Source: Azolla caroliniana
Taxonomy: Eukaryota > Plantae > Polypodiophyta
NCBI GenBank assembly: GCA_043228905.1
Contig: JBHGNT010000014.1
Span: 18,042,001 to 18,106,000 of the forward strand
Length of the DNA: 64,000 nucleotides
Direction: 5' to 3'
Below, piece by piece: positions 1 to 14,994 of the stretch. A program made the translations under genes and the position numbers. A model generated the notes under the pieces. It did no database searches. It was not told where the DNA came from and was given only the letters and a program-made list of their open reading frames with translations. Position 1 is the stretch's first letter, and every line of letters begins with the position of its first letter.

Positions 1-1060
1 CCAAATGGGGGAGGTAAAGTGAAAATGAACTAACAGGTTGACTATTGGCAATCGATCAATCAAAGCATTGTTCAAGGTTATTTGATAAACTAACTCTTTG
101 AAGTCATAAAGTTGATCATTGATGCATCATTAATCAATGGTGACATTTTTCATTCGTAGGGTGTACATGAAGAGATTATGGATAACTTGGTCCAATGTAT
201 TGCTAGACTTAGCTATGTTAGCTAGTTAGGCTAAAAAATTATAAATACTTGGGAACTAATGGGAAATAAATTATGTAGGCTTACTATTTAATATCACACA
301 CGTTGGGCACCACATAGGGTTTGTAGACCATCGTTGTCCTCAAAGAATTAGACGGCTAAGGCAATCAAGAAGAAGGAAAAATGAAAGAAAAGATGGAGAA
401 TATATTTCTTCATGCCCTCCTAACGTCGAGTCGTGCTTTTACATGATTGGTTTGATCCTAAATTGCAATTGCTTTTACATGACTGGCTTAGTACTTAATA
501 TTCAATGCAACCAATCATATACACGACACTTTGTAGCGCCACACCATCATTTCATCACAAACTCTTAAAAGTTCATTTATAGACCATAGACCCCACACAC
601 ATCTGTGTCAAGGAGTTGAGCAAGTAGAAAATATGCATACCACATTTATAAAGTAGAAGTAAAGCTTGAACATTCCTCGTGCATAATTGCACGGTATGCG
701 TTTATTCATGATGTGCAAAATAGAAGTCATTAAAATTTATTAGCTTACAATTAAAACTCTTAGAAGACTCATTGATTTTTGAATAAGTAATTGCCCTCCA
801 CATTCATTGATGTAGGATACCAAAGACCTATATTTGTGCATAGATACATGTCACTGATGATAATCACTCCCATGTGAAATAGATAATGGCATAAAACAAC
901 TTTAGAATTTTTTCAAGCACCTCGTGCCTGATGTATGAAGAGATGGTTGCCTCACCTCACACGTGGTGTGACACTAACCTCTACTTTAACCAAGTTATGG
1001 ACATTTCGAAAAGTATAGGGAGATTAATTCCATCTAGGGGTATTTCATTGTGCCAGTTAT

Positions 1061-1944
1061 TGTTGGGAGACAGGTCCCTTCGGATGGGAAGAGAGAAGAA
1101 CAGTGCCGATGAACAAACTTGGCCGAGGCCGATAGGCCGAGGCCAAAACCGGGTGAGGAGTACCCGGCTACGGAGAGCCGAATGGTGCAGACTCGGTGAG
1201 AACCGGATGAGGAGTATCTGGCTATGGAGAGCTGGATGACGCAGACCCGGTGAGAACCGGATGAGGAGTACCCGGCTACGGAGAGCCAGATGACGCAGAC
1301 CCGGTGAGAACCGGATGAGTAGTACCCGACTACAGAGAGCTGAATGGTGCAGACCTGGTGAGATCCGAATGAGGAGTACCCGGCTACGGAGAGCCGGATG
1401 GTGCAGACCCGGTGAGATCCGGATGAGGAGTACCAGGCTACGGAGAGCCGGATGGTGCAAACCCGGTGAGAACCGGATGAAGAGACATATTCATAAATAT
1501 GTTTCTGAGAGTCCATCGAGGCTATATTTGTAAATAGCCGAAAAGTCATATTAGTATAAATATGACTTAGGGCAAACTTTGAGTGACTGTTGGTGGTTGT
1601 CATTTTCTTGTTGGTGCTAGAAGAAGAGAGAGCACGTAACAGTGTACAGAGAGAGAGAGAGAGAGAAAGAGGTCGCTGCCTCTGTTGTAACCGCCGCCTG
1701 TGGCGAAGATCGTGAGCACGAGGTCGTTGCCTCCGTGAACTCACTGTTTGTACATTCAAACATAGTGATAGTTTGCAGCCTGTGGGCTGCCGTGGTTTTT
1801 TCCCTAGTTTGGGTTTTCCACGTAAACATCCTGTGCACTTTTTCTCTCCTTTGTGTCGTGTTTTTCCGTTTCCTGTTTTCTGTGTATGATCCTAAGCTTG
1901 GTTGTGGCCGAGCGTTGCGTATAGGGAGCGTTCAGTTCTCGTCA
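1061..1944 (+). mobile_element. Solo LTR (884 bp) of an LTR retrotransposon
   Basis: TG...CA termini (tgttggg...tcgtca) flanked by a perfect 5-bp TSD GTTAT (1056-1060, 1945-1949). Internal TATAAAT at ~1555 followed by a (GA)n tract. Confidence 0.85.
1148..1481 (+). repeat. 54-bp tandem repeat, ~6 copies, in the U3 part of the solo LTR
   Basis: Repeating unit ccggtgagaaccggatgaggagtacccggctacggagagccggatggtgcagac. Confidence 0.9.
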
Positions 1945-2391
1945 GTTATCTCTATAATGCATGGGAATCCTGTAGGGAAGCTCGAGCAGAGAGACAACGG
2001 TGTAGACAGGTCTTTTCTAATCAAACCGTGCATCAAGCAGTGTCATTGCAGGAGATATGGAGTGAAATTGTAGCCACTCTAAAGAGCCAATACGATGGCC
2101 TCACGGGCCGATTTGATGGAGTCGAAAGATAACAATTAGCCTTCATCCAACAATGGTTGTCCTCTCTCTTTCTTGAGTTAGTGGGCCTCCATATAAGATG
2201 GAACTATCGCATCCCTACTGAGATTTGTGTTTAACATTTTGATATGTAAAATTTTGTAACTAATGGAAGGTGTTTTTTTTGGAAAGAAGAAGAAGAAGAA
2301 GCTCGAGCAGAGAGACACAATGCGATTTTCGCATACACTACTCGTAGACTTCCATGCCCATGATAGAGAGGACAAATAGACATCTCCTACT

Positions 2392-5200
2392 TTGATTGAA
2401 AGAATTGATAGTCAAGGGTCTAACAATGTTGACACCGAGGACAACTTGGATCCATTCATGTTTTGTTTGCCAAGGTATTTTGTGTTTAATGAAGGTACAT
2501 ACGACTTAATGGTTAAAGATTTATTAGGTCACGTAAAGGTTACGATAGAATCTTTAAAAGAGACAAGAAAGGGTGCACCTCTCATGATCTTAGCATGGAG
2601 GCGCATGAAGGCTCGACTCATGCTAAAAAATGAGTGTGAACTCTACTTACAGTTGCTGCCACATCTAAGGGTATCATGTGTAGAGCAATGGGGACATCCC
2701 ATTACCCACTCTCACAAACTCTTAAAGAGTTGAAGAAACATTGGGCCATGAATCTTCGCGATCATGGAATAGCTAGTGCATACGTAAAAGCACTAATTGA
2801 CCAATGTGGATGTCAGATAATACAAATGGTGAATTCTATTGACATGTTAGGCACAAGTGTAAGTAAATATGATAAGACTACAATGCCCACATAAGTGATA
2901 GAGGTAGAAGCTAGTAAGTTATATGATACTGTAGCGGAGATTCAAATCAAGTATCATACATGCTTGCGGACAAGAGTCCCAAAAGGCAAGCATGTGCCTA
3001 GATATGATTGTCATCGTGTAGGTGTGCCTCGACAAGTGGTTGGATGCTCTCGCTTGCAACAAAGGTTCAAAGCGTTTTGGATGTAGTTTTCATTTGAATG
3101 TAAGAGTGAATGAAGGGGATAAACATGGGATCGTGAGCATTTATGTATACAAATGTCATTCAGGTCATGTCCCAAGAACGAGACCTGATGTGTACCACTT
3201 GCCGGTCCATCCTAATGTAATAGAATGTTGTAAAGATGACCTTTTTTATGTTGGCCATGCAAGGCATGTTGCACGGATGAGCATGCGAAAAGAAGCATAT
3301 CACAAGTCCAAGGCTACTCTATTAGAACTTGTCACTTTTAGATTGTTTATGATACCAAAGGAGGTACATAATATGGCCAATACATTAAAAATAGGAAGTG
3401 CATTGTTGGAAGTTGATTGGTCTTTCATGATGCAAGATGCCTATGCACTCCGAGATCTAGGCAAAGTGGCACATGCCCAACCATACTTGCCTGGTCCAAA
3501 TGGATCTCCAACTTGACAACCATTTATCTTGATACTTCGGATATTGGAAATGTGTGAGCGATTGTTGCAAAACAACTCTTGGGCAATTGACTCCACATTT
3601 AAAACATTATATGCATTATAATGTGTAATCAATTCGAGTTCCCATTATATGCAGCCGTTGCACCAAATGCCATGGGAATAGGGATCCCACTATGGTATAT
3701 GATTTGTAGTTCTGATAATGGACCAAATCATGACCAAGTGGCATTAGAAACTTGCTTGAACGTCACATTTGCTAGGATGCCTAGGGTAAGGCCAAATGTG
3801 ATAGTCATTGATAAATCTTGGACATCATATAATGCCATATCTAATGTCATTGCTCAAGACTATGAATCTTGGATTGTCACAAATGTTGAACGCTCACAAA
3901 CACGTTGTCATCTCTTATTGTGTTTGTTCCATGCTAAAAAATCATGGGCTGACAACTTGTAGCCCAAAGTGAGTGTTGCGGAAAGAAACATCCTCTATAA
4001 AAGGATGTGCCAACTCATGCATTGCATTGGCGAATCATCCTTCAATGCTACGTGTGAGGAGGTACAACAAGAATACTCAAACAAACCTGGAGTTTGGCAA
4101 TATATCGAAGGTGGATGGTGTGGACAAAATTGTGTTTGGAGGAGTCTATGGCCCAAGTTTGGTAGACTATTCAATTATAGACATGTTGACACTACCAATC
4201 TTGTAGAGAGACATTGGCAATTTCTCAAGTACACTGCCTTGAGAGGAAGAATAAACCGGTCTACTATTGATCTTGTGCATGTCTTAATCGGGGACAATGT
4301 CTCTCGCACTTGCATCGGTGGGACCGTGGTAGAATGGTACATGCAACAACAAGAGATATATGCAAGAGTGGTAGATTCCAACCCCGTGCAAATTGTAAGG
4401 ATCAAAGGTCAAGACTTAAAGAGGCTAAGAGGATACTAGAAAGATATGTGACCGATAGCAACTCAGTGCATATTGTGGACGGGGCTCGATATTGGTTTTG
4501 AATATTGAGCATGACCACTCCCATTGTATGGTACAATGTCTCACTCCAATGTTCATAATGTGATTGTCCAGACTTTGCAAGTAAATGTAAGCATTTGCTT
4601 GCCATTCAGATGATCGTTGAGAGACATATGCCATCACTATGTGGATCATTACCATTTATAGATCATGCAACCCAAATGCGAATGGATGATGCCAGAATGG
4701 ATAGAGAACTAGAGTCGACACAAGAAGCAGAAGTCGAGATGAATGTAGATGTTGACGAAAGGGAGGAAATCCAATTAGAAGCACATCAAACTATCGAAGC
4801 ACTTCAACTTCGCGAGCAAGGATGGGGAGCGATGAGTAGTGCGGCCCTTGAGCGTTGTCGGCAACTCATGGTAGATTTTCGAAAGGAATTGCTCTTATCT
4901 ATGCATGCATCGGCAACAACCAATATGGCATCGGGAGCTTCAATAAGTTGAAAGCAACAAATTGGTGCGAAAAGAGAAGCCACACCCAACGTTTCACAAG
5001 AACTTATTAGTAGCTCCCCAAACAGGACCAAAACACACACCGACAGACTACAGAGAGGTGCTCATCATAGTATAAGGCGGTTGCCAATATGTGACACTGA
5101 GAAGGTTCAATGTTTGCATTGTGATGGTTTGACATTGACTTCAAGAGACTCCAATGCAAATTGCCATCCTTTGAACAAGAGCCTTGATCTCATAGTTTTT
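2392..5200 (+). pseudogene. Degenerate MULE/Mutator-like transposase with SWIM zinc finger
   Basis: Consecutive ORF fragments broken by stops and frameshifts: AIDSTF, NQFEFPLY, IVIDKS, LLCLFHAKKSW, DTTNLVERHWQFLKY, and SWIM-like C-x-CPDFASKCKHLLA near 4550-4610. Confidence 0.75.
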
Positions 5201-5383
5201 TTATTACATTACATCATGTGAGTTTTATATGTAAAATCGTGCAATTTTATATTTGTAAAAATGTTTTTGATATTTTTGAGCAATCTTAGCATCTTTTTTA
5301 AACAATGATCACTTTGGAAATTTCAATCAGGTACCCGCATTAGGTTCATGTACCCGGGTCAGGTTTAGGTGTTACAAAATAGC

Positions 5384-5530
5384 TTGTCAGAGCCGGGTAA
5401 GATGTGACAGATCCGATTGTCAGAGCAAGGTTAGATACGACAGAGGCTTGTCAGAGTCGGGTTAGATGTGACAGATCCGATTGTCAAAGCTGGGTTAGAT
5501 GCGATAAAGGCTCGTCAGACCCGAGTTGGG
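5384..5530. repeat. ~29-bp subterminal-type tandem repeats
   Basis: About 5 degenerate copies of ttgtcagagccgggttagatgtgacagatccga downstream of the transposase. Confidence 0.6.
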
Positions 5531-5668
5531 TTTTTGACATGCGCTTTTTGTGGATAGAGATTGAACGGTGCAGATCACACACGCCATTCAAAACGTGTCC
5601 TCGTCGTCCGTGTTCGCGATTTCCTCACCAAGCCTAATTATGATTTGGTTGCAAATAGAAACGGGCCG

Positions 5669-6447
<779 letters not shown>

Positions 6448-8221
6448 AAAAGGAGAAGAAGACAAAGACAGAGTCAGAAACAGACATTCAGTCACATAGA
6501 TATTGGCAGAGAAGAGAGAAATAAAGCAAAGCAAATACCAGAAAAAGGTTGAGGAAGCAGAAAAGAAGAGGAGGAGGTATTTGGGTTCCTCCTAAAAATC
6601 TTTGTTTCTCAAATATTTAAAGAAATAAATAAATCTATTTATCTATTTAGTAAGGAAGCAGAAAAGAGGAGGTATTTGGATTGATTCCTTCTTAAAACCT
6701 CTGTTCTCATAACTCCAGACCTCGCCCCCCTTTTTTTTGATCCATTGATCTATTTCTTTCTCTGCCTTGTTGTGCAGTATTTTTGATCCATTGATCTTTT
6801 TCTTTTTCTGCCTTGTTGTGCAATATTTAGGTTAGAATTAGGATAGTTTCTTCTCAAATTGAGGTTCTTTTTAAAGCTCTGTTATCTATTTCTTTCTCTT
6901 CTTTGTTGTGAAACATTTAGGATAGAATTAGGATTCTTCCCAAATTTGGGTTCTTTGATCCATTTATCTGTTTCTTTCTATAACTTGTTGCACAACGTTT
7001 AGGCTAGAATTAGGGTTCTTCTTAATACCTTTGTCTCATACATTTTTTGATTCATATATCTCTTATTTGTTCCGCAATATTCGTTTAGATATCTCTTTTA
7101 TTGCTAGGAAACCCTTAATCTCTATATTTCGAACCCTAACGATTTCTGATCTAAAGAAAATGAAAGTTTAATATGTGAAAAATCGTAATCCTTTGCTATA
7201 CATACCTTTTTTATGCATACCCTATTCTCATTTGGGCATTTACTTGCGATGGAATATTGATATAAATTTGATTCTAAACCTATGTAATAGTATATTGATG
7301 GATGAGATTATTGTAATGTTGATTCAAAAGTTCAACAATTGGATGTACTGGATTGTTTATATTCAGGAGCTTTTATTTCAATTATAGGATGATTATGAGA
7401 GTTTCTGTGAAATTATGATTTCATAGCCATATGCCGGTTGATAAGAGCTATGAGTTGAATGGTATTTTGGTTTATAAGAGCCATTGTTTCCCTGATTGAT
7501 GGAATTCTGCTTTAATGATATCCATGAATGCCCTCAACTCTGTGTCCTGGAATCTATCTTTCACAATGGCCATCAACATTGTTTATTCCATCAACAAGGC
7601 TTAAGGAAATCTAGTTTTAATGATTGTCAATAATGACATAAACTCCATTGCCCATGGGTCATGGAATCTAGTTATAATGATCAGTTGATCTTGTAGTGGA
7701 CAATGTGCACATCTTACTCTGATTTTTGCTACGAGAAGTCACTACAACTTCAGATTCATTTCTTGTGATTGGATACTATTCTGTATTGATATATATATTT
7801 TTCTATTCTCGGATCGATTAGTGTTCTAATGAATAAAATGTCCTCATTTAATAGACCATAAGTCATTGATCTTGTTAGGTGCAGATATTATCGATGGGAA
7901 CATAATTGAATGAAAATTTATGAATATCTTTTTATAGATCCATGCTTACTTGTTTCATGCACAGAAAGTAAAGAATGCTATGGCTCTTTGGGCTTTCGAT
8001 ATGCTCATTAGTATTACTCTGAAGTGTGCTTCAAAATGTTTTGGATGTTTAAGATGGGACATTCCTTAATTTCTTTTAATCATGTATAACTATTGCTTCG
8101 ATGTTGTAAATTTACTTAGGGTTTGATTAATGACTCAGTGCTTATATGACCTTTAATTAATGACTATAAAAGAAGCTCAATAGTGTACGTATTTTTTGGC
8201 ATGTTGAGGTATTAAAGAAGC

Positions 8222-9156
8222 ATGATAAAGTCTGCTGGTGGTCATCTATCAAGAATTGGCATTCTAGCCATCATTGCCATTGGTGTGATTGTTGCGATGT
8301 GTTCCATTGATCCGTCGATGGCTGTTATCACGGGAGGTCGGCAGACCATACAGAATCCCCAGAGCAATAAAGAGCTTCTAGAACTTGCCCAATTTGCAGT
8401 GGAGCAACACAATTCTAATGAGGTAAACAAAGAAGAAGGGTGGGGAAGTGGATGAAATGACACAATTCTGTTTTAATATATTACATTTCTCAGTTCTTCA
8501 TGATAGTGTATGTATACTATGCTACAGAACTCGTTGGACACAATTGAGAGTCCCTAGAACCATAGACTAAATTTGCGACAATTGAGAGTCCTCGAACCAT
8601 AGACTAAATTTGCCATGATTGAGAGTCCTCGAACCATAGAATAAATTTGCCACGATCGAGAGACCTCGAACCATAGACTAAATTTGCCACAATCGATAGT
8701 CCTCAAACCATAGACTAAATTTGCCACAATCAAGAGTCCTAGAACCATAGACTAAATTCGCCACAATTGAGAGTCCTAGAACCATAGATTAAATTTGCCA
8801 CAATCGATCGAGAGTCCTCGAACCATAGACTAAATTTGCCACAATCGATCGAGAGTACTCGAACCATAGATTAAATTTGCCACAATCGACAGTCCTCTAA
8901 CCATAGACTAAATTTGCCACAATCGAGAGTCCTAGAACCATAGACTAAATGTTTTGCATGCGGAATTTGACTCCAGGGATTACAACTCAACTTTGTGACT
9001 CTGGTATCAGCGGAGCAACAAGTTGTGTCTGGGATAATGTACTATTTGAATCTTGAGGCAGCGTCTGGAGGCGAAACTCATGAGTATGAAGCTCGGGTTT
9101 GGGTGCAACCATGGAGGAATTTCAAGTCCTTAGAGGAATTTACTTTGAAACAATGA
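8222..9156 (+). CDS. Phytocystatin (cysteine protease inhibitor), 2 exons: 8222-8422, 8977-9156; ~126 aa with signal peptide
   Basis: Hydrophobic N-terminus, conserved GG, LAQFAVEQHN (LARFAV motif), QVVSG (QxVxG) and VWVQPW. GT-AG phase-0 intron. Confidence 0.92.
8538..8951. repeat. 38-bp minisatellite (~11 copies) filling most of the cystatin intron
   Basis: Unit ccacaatcgagagtcctcgaaccatagactaaatttg. Confidence 0.95.
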
Positions 9157-10868
9157 GGAAAATCTCCTTAGTCCATTTTGCTGTTATTTTTTTTGAAAGG
9201 GTGAGTTTTCTTTGGAACCAATGTTTATAGTGAGAATCCCAAGGGTGTTTTTTCCTTGGAACAATGTTCATATATCAGACTTTTGAGGTATTTTATACCT
9301 ACATATAAATATGATAGATGTAATGATAATTGATTTTATACTTGAATAATATGATGTAGTTATAATTGGTTTTACTCAAGTCCAAGGTGCTTTTCAATGG
9401 GGTTTTTTTTTGTTGAAATGAGATTTCTCAATACTAAAACTTAGAATAGAAGCTGTGGAAGCTTATTGTGGAATGATTGTAAGAACTTGGATGCCATAGA
9501 AGCTTATTAGGGAATGGCCATGAGACTAACTTCTCAGTACCAAAACTTAGAATAGAAGCCTTGGAAGCCTATTAGGGAGTGTTGACCAACAGAACTTGGA
9601 TATGCCATAGAAGCAATATTAGGAAATGGCTGTAAGGACTGACTTAGTCCGTAAAAATCTCATACCATGATTTATTTGTTGCTTTTTTTAACTTGGGCAC
9701 TGGTATGAGTGTATCTTTTGGATTTTGAGCTGACCTTAAATTAGAGATTGGAGATTCCATTGTGCTAAATCTTAAATTAGAGCATGGATTTTCACAAGTA
9801 CAATTTGAAGCCCTTTTGTTGACGAATGTGGCGATACAATTTCACATACAATTCTCAGGTAAAGCATTGGTTGCATTGTTGAACTGAGACCAGTGCTCTC
9901 TATACAAATCAGCATGTATGCTGATACTATATTTCCAATGGTCTGGACATATTATGGATTTACATTTGCCAAGACTAGTGTTCTGTATACACAAATTGGC
10001 ATGTGTACTGATCCTATATTTCCAATTGTCGGGGACATGTTATGAATTTACATTGTGCAAACATACTTTGTATACAACGAATCAAATGTAGAGCAAATTG
10101 GATTGCTACATTGGATCGATCCCTAATGAGAATCCTTCGTGTTGTTTTTATTCAATATCCATCCACGCTAAGAGTCTGCATCGAAAATGTGGTTAATTAA
10201 TTCACTTCCCACAACTTGTGGGGTTGAAAATGATTTTAACATTGTTAATGAGTCTTTGTGTTATCTGATCCTCATTGTCAATGCTTCTTATTATATGCTC
10301 CGAGGAAGCATGTGTTATATACTAACATTTTTAGAGTTGTATCATCATCTCAACGTTCTACCGCATAATGTTGACATATTTCGTTCTAGGAAGCAACATC
10401 ATGACCATTACGTAGGCCTTTTGTCATCGTGAACCTACTTATTCCAGGTTTATATTTTGAGCGTGAACAAGATGATCATATTAGAATATGGTTGATACAT
10501 ATTATGATGCCAAAGGTCCAAAAAGGCCCATGCCTACACATGCCTAACTAGGAAAACACACCACCTCACTAGTTTTGAGGTTGGAAAAACAACTCATGAA
10601 AATAAAATCCACATTTTTTTGTAAATAACTTTTCTTCCATCATTGTGGGGATAACTCTAGGGTGGTTTAGCTAGGAAAACACATCACCTCACTAGTTTGA
10701 GGTTGGAAAAGCAAATTATGAAAATACATTCACTTATTTTTTGATAGATATTTTTGTGTGGGGCTAACTCTAGGTTATACAACCAATCATTCCTTGATGA
10801 TGCATTCGACTTCATATTTGAGCATGTCGCCAACATTATACATTACTTATCTAGCTTTCTTTGTAGAG

Positions 10869-12500
10869 TCATGGGCTAGTTCCAGGATATGCAACTAATC
10901 CTTTCTCAACTGCACATTCGACTGCACCTTTGAACATATCGCTAAGACTATGCTTGAATTCAAATCCCAACTTCTTCAATTTTGAATTACTCATGTAACG
11001 AGGTAAGATCTTTCCAACATAGTCAAAGCTAATGCCAAAAACAGACAAGCAAAATTATTGTTAGGATTACATAAAAACAGGATTTGCTCACTCATTCATA
11101 CCTTGCACACAACACACACACATGATATATCACTTAGTACACACATGAATGTCTTCCATGATGTATTTATCTTTGTACATAAAGTCGTGTTGCTTGCACT
11201 TAGATTTGAAGTTTACACATACACTTACATGCACAAAATCATTCATGTGTGCATATATAATCTATGTGTAAAGAAAAAGAAAGGGAGTATACTTCTCTGG
11301 TAATTTGATATTGGGATACAACTTCTTAAGCAATTCAGCAATCTCAATGATAGATGCATCATGGGAGGTGCCAAGGTAGCGTCCTTCAGCCTCGGGTGTT
11401 TTGTATAAAAATATGTATGCGTCTATGATATCATCGATATGTACATATGAGAGGTACCGTATGTAAGCATGATGTGAAACATCACCTGGAAATTTTTTAC
11501 CAACATGAGAACCCAAGGTAAAAATGGATATTTACAACAATACCCTCGAGTTCTTAGAAAAATATCAAAATAGCCCTAAGCTCTCATTACTTAACCAAAT
11601 CTTTCTCTAGTATTATTATTATTATTATTTTAAGAGAAAGTGTGTGAGTGTGTGCTTGTGCATGCATGTGTTTACCTGTTACGAGAGAAATAGCATCTGC
11701 AACACTGTTTGGAATCTTATCTAGCAAGAATGGACCTGTCACCAATGTAGGCAACAACGTGACCAAGTTCAAGTTGTACTCCTTAGCAAGTTCAAATGCC
11801 TTCTTCTCAGAGAGTGCTTTGGATGCAAAATAAGGCTGCATAGTATGTACATCAATTAAATTCATGTTGATTAGTGTAAAGTACAATAGTTAAATTTATA
11901 TTGGTTTACAATTCATAAAATCATTTTATAACAAAATGTTGGTTAAAGCTTACCCATCCTTTGGGCTTGTCACGAAGGCACATTTCCACATCTGTCCAAC
12001 CACTCTCATCATATGTCTCACCCGGAGTGTCATCAAGTAAAGGATACCTTACAGCCGATGCGGATGAGCTAAACACAATCCTTTTAATAGATGGTGATTT
12101 GGAGCATGACTTCAAAATGTTTACAGTTCCTTGAATAGCAGGTTCAATGCAATCCTTCTACAAATACATAAAAAAGGTATTACAATTAGATTGAAAAACC
12201 TACTCAACAAACCATTGAGATTTATGCTAGAGTTATTTAAGAGCCTAATTATGTCAAATGTAGATTGTACAGATATAACAATGCCTATTTCTAAAATCTA
12301 AAATGCATTTATAAGCAATGGCTACATTGTGACATGTTAGCCATGTGAATTTGCTAAAGAGAATTACATCTAAATCTCAATGATGAAAAACAATAATGGT
12401 CTCCATATAAATTAGTTAAAGAATTTTCCAAGGAAAACACACCATCAGGGTCAAATGTTGGATATAGAAAGTCATGAAAATAATTTCTTTTTATTGGTAT

Positions 12501-12536
<36 letters not shown>

Positions 12537-13228
12537 AATGAAGTTGACTTACATAGGGGTCCTTATATTCAAATTCCGTCGGACTAGCACAATGGAACAC
12601 TCCATCACATCCATACACCGCATCATCAAAGCTCCCCTCCTCGAGCAAATGTCCTCTCATTATTTGAAGCCGGTCCTTGGCCCCAAGGAGTTCTCTTAGA
12701 AGTGCCGTCTTCTTTATATCATCTATCAAAGATCAACATTGAGGCCATAAAAACAAATTTAGGGATGTGCGTAATATAGAACTTTAGAGTAAATTTATAC
12801 GGTTTATTGTTTAATAAAATGTGTCAAACAATGAAAGTGTCAATGAAATTGTTTATTGAGATTAACACAAATAAGTTATTGCTTGAAAGTGACAAAAGTC
12901 AATCACATGGGTTTAAAATATAAGTGACTTATAGTTCTAGCTACACAATTTGTTGGAAAATTTCCTTCATGTTGAAAACACTCTAAGGTAAATGGAATGA
13001 TATGATATTACAAGCTGCATTTAAGTGTTTTTATAAACAACATCAAAAAATTCACTCACTCGCATCACGGACAGTGGCACGGACACGATAACCGAGCTCG
13101 AGTAGTCGTTTCACTAGCCAACTACCCAAATGTCCTGATGCGCCTGTCACACAAACAAGGTCACTAGTTTGATGGATGCCATTAGTTGATTGAGGTTTGA
13201 GGCCATTGGAGGAGTCAATAATTGCCAT
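10869..13228 (-). CDS. Dihydroflavonol 4-reductase-like NAD(P)H-dependent SDR (DFR/ANR/CCR superfamily), 6 exons: 13228-13060, 12722-12553, 12157-11954, 11835-11676, 11485-11293, 11028-10869; ~351 aa
   Basis: [42 protein letters not shown] and catalytic YFASK. All introns GT-AG. Internal exon sizes 170/160/193 match the canonical DFR structure. CDS totals 1056 nt in frame. Confidence 0.93.
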
Positions 13229-14994
13229 TCCTTCTCTCCCTCTCTCTATAAGAATGATCTTTTGTTACAAATATATTTGTAAGGATGGGGTGATCGAGAG
13301 TGATGATTATTGCAATGAGAGGAGACAAAGCAATCTGATGAGAGGGAAACTTGGGAGGGTCTTTGTTATGATACTTTTTGCATGGGTGCAAAGATGTGTG
13401 TGTCTCTCTCTCTTTTATACTTATTGTATTATAAGTTCTCCTTTTGTGTTTGTTGAACTAAATTTTGGTGCTTGTGCTACCGACTCCTTGGAAACCATGA
13501 CTCATGCTAGCAAGGTCACGTGATGCATGCACAACATGTCATTCTATTGCCTTTAATGATTTGGGCCACATCGTGAGAGAAAGATAATAATGACTCTCAC
13601 GTCACACAACTTTTTAAGTATAAACTTTTGATTCAATACACATTCTCATTGAACTTTTTCTTTCTTCTTCTTTTTACAAGAGAAAGAAAAATGTACATAC
13701 ATTGGTGGTTCTCAATAGAATACTAAACTTTTTACAACAAAATCAAGGTCACATTTTCGTCAAAAGACTTTAGTCAAGTTTTTACAAAATATCAAACATT
13801 TCACAAAATACAAACAAAGAATTTTGAGATCACTTTTTAGTTAAGAAAATAGAGTGAGTTTTGTTAGAAGAAAAGCTCGGGATAGTTTTTTTGTAGTTGG
13901 TTCTCAATAGAATTCCAAGCTTGTTCTAGTAAAGCAAAATAAAAATATGTGGCTCTTAACGCCCTTTTAAATACTCAAATAGCCTTGAAGTACTTTGGAA
14001 ATGAGATTAAAATTGTAAGCCCTTACTTTGGAAAAGTAGCCCTAAAATCCCCCATAAAATTTTGGATTATTGTGCATGATATCTCACCAATTCAATGTAA
14101 GAGATGAATTCTAAGAGCCTCTTTCCCAACGTGAACATCATCTTTGTACGCCTTAAAATTTCTTGGGGAAGAAACTTAGAAGGAATCTAAGTTACGAAAA
14201 AAACATGAATTGATCTACGGCCATGAATGTCTCAAACACTTATGTGTTTGCATGAGAGCACATTTCTATCAAACAATTTCTAGAACACCTTATTGGTAAA
14301 CAAGAACCTCTTTCCTGAACACTAAGATACCTACATATTAATAAATATGTTTATTTAGCATTTTTTTGCGTCGGAAGAACACCACAATTCTCACTATCAA
14401 AACTCATATGCAATATCCTTCAACCTCTTTCTCAAACAAGGAAGTTAAATTGTCCTGGTATAAAAGAATGTCTCACCAACCACAGTTGTATAAACATGGC
14501 AGGTTAATCTCTACATCATGTTGCAAGAAAAACACTAATTTTCACTTGAGAGAGAGAACAAGGGCGTTGATGTTACTGAATAACAAATAAAACAAAAGTG
14601 GTGATACTTTGCTTTAGCAATTGATATATGCTTCATGAGTGCAACAAATCAATTGGGCTAGGAAGAATTAATAACTTATATTTATTGAGATGTTTAACAT
14701 GAGAATTGTGCTGACATGAAAGATTAAAGAAAAAATATAAGCGCATTTATTATACAAATATTCATCGAGTATCTTATATATTACATGAGGAAAGGGCATC
14801 ACAAAATTAGTTTCCAATCAAAGTTTTCTCTCTATCATCTCCCATGTTCCCTATTGGCCAACATGGTAATTATATCCAAAGGAGAAGGATGTGAATAAAA
14901 AATCATATTGACAATAGCATGAAGTATTTTCAAGTTACAGCAATTTTGTTATGATAACTTGTCCGAATCATACAATAGAGCGATGGAACAAGGT

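Noticed and set aside
931-1759. Repetitive ORFs on both strands
   Set aside because: Produced by the 54-bp repeat within a solo LTR.
7385-8100. Possible decayed gene (VDKSYEL actin-like snippet, or LRR/F-box-like repeats)
   Set aside because: Only short motifs, many stops and no consistent frame, so it cannot be supported.
8538-8951. Regular 38-bp repeat array superficially like a CRISPR array
   Set aside because: Units are head-to-tail with no unique spacers, there are no cas genes, and it lies in a eukaryotic intron.
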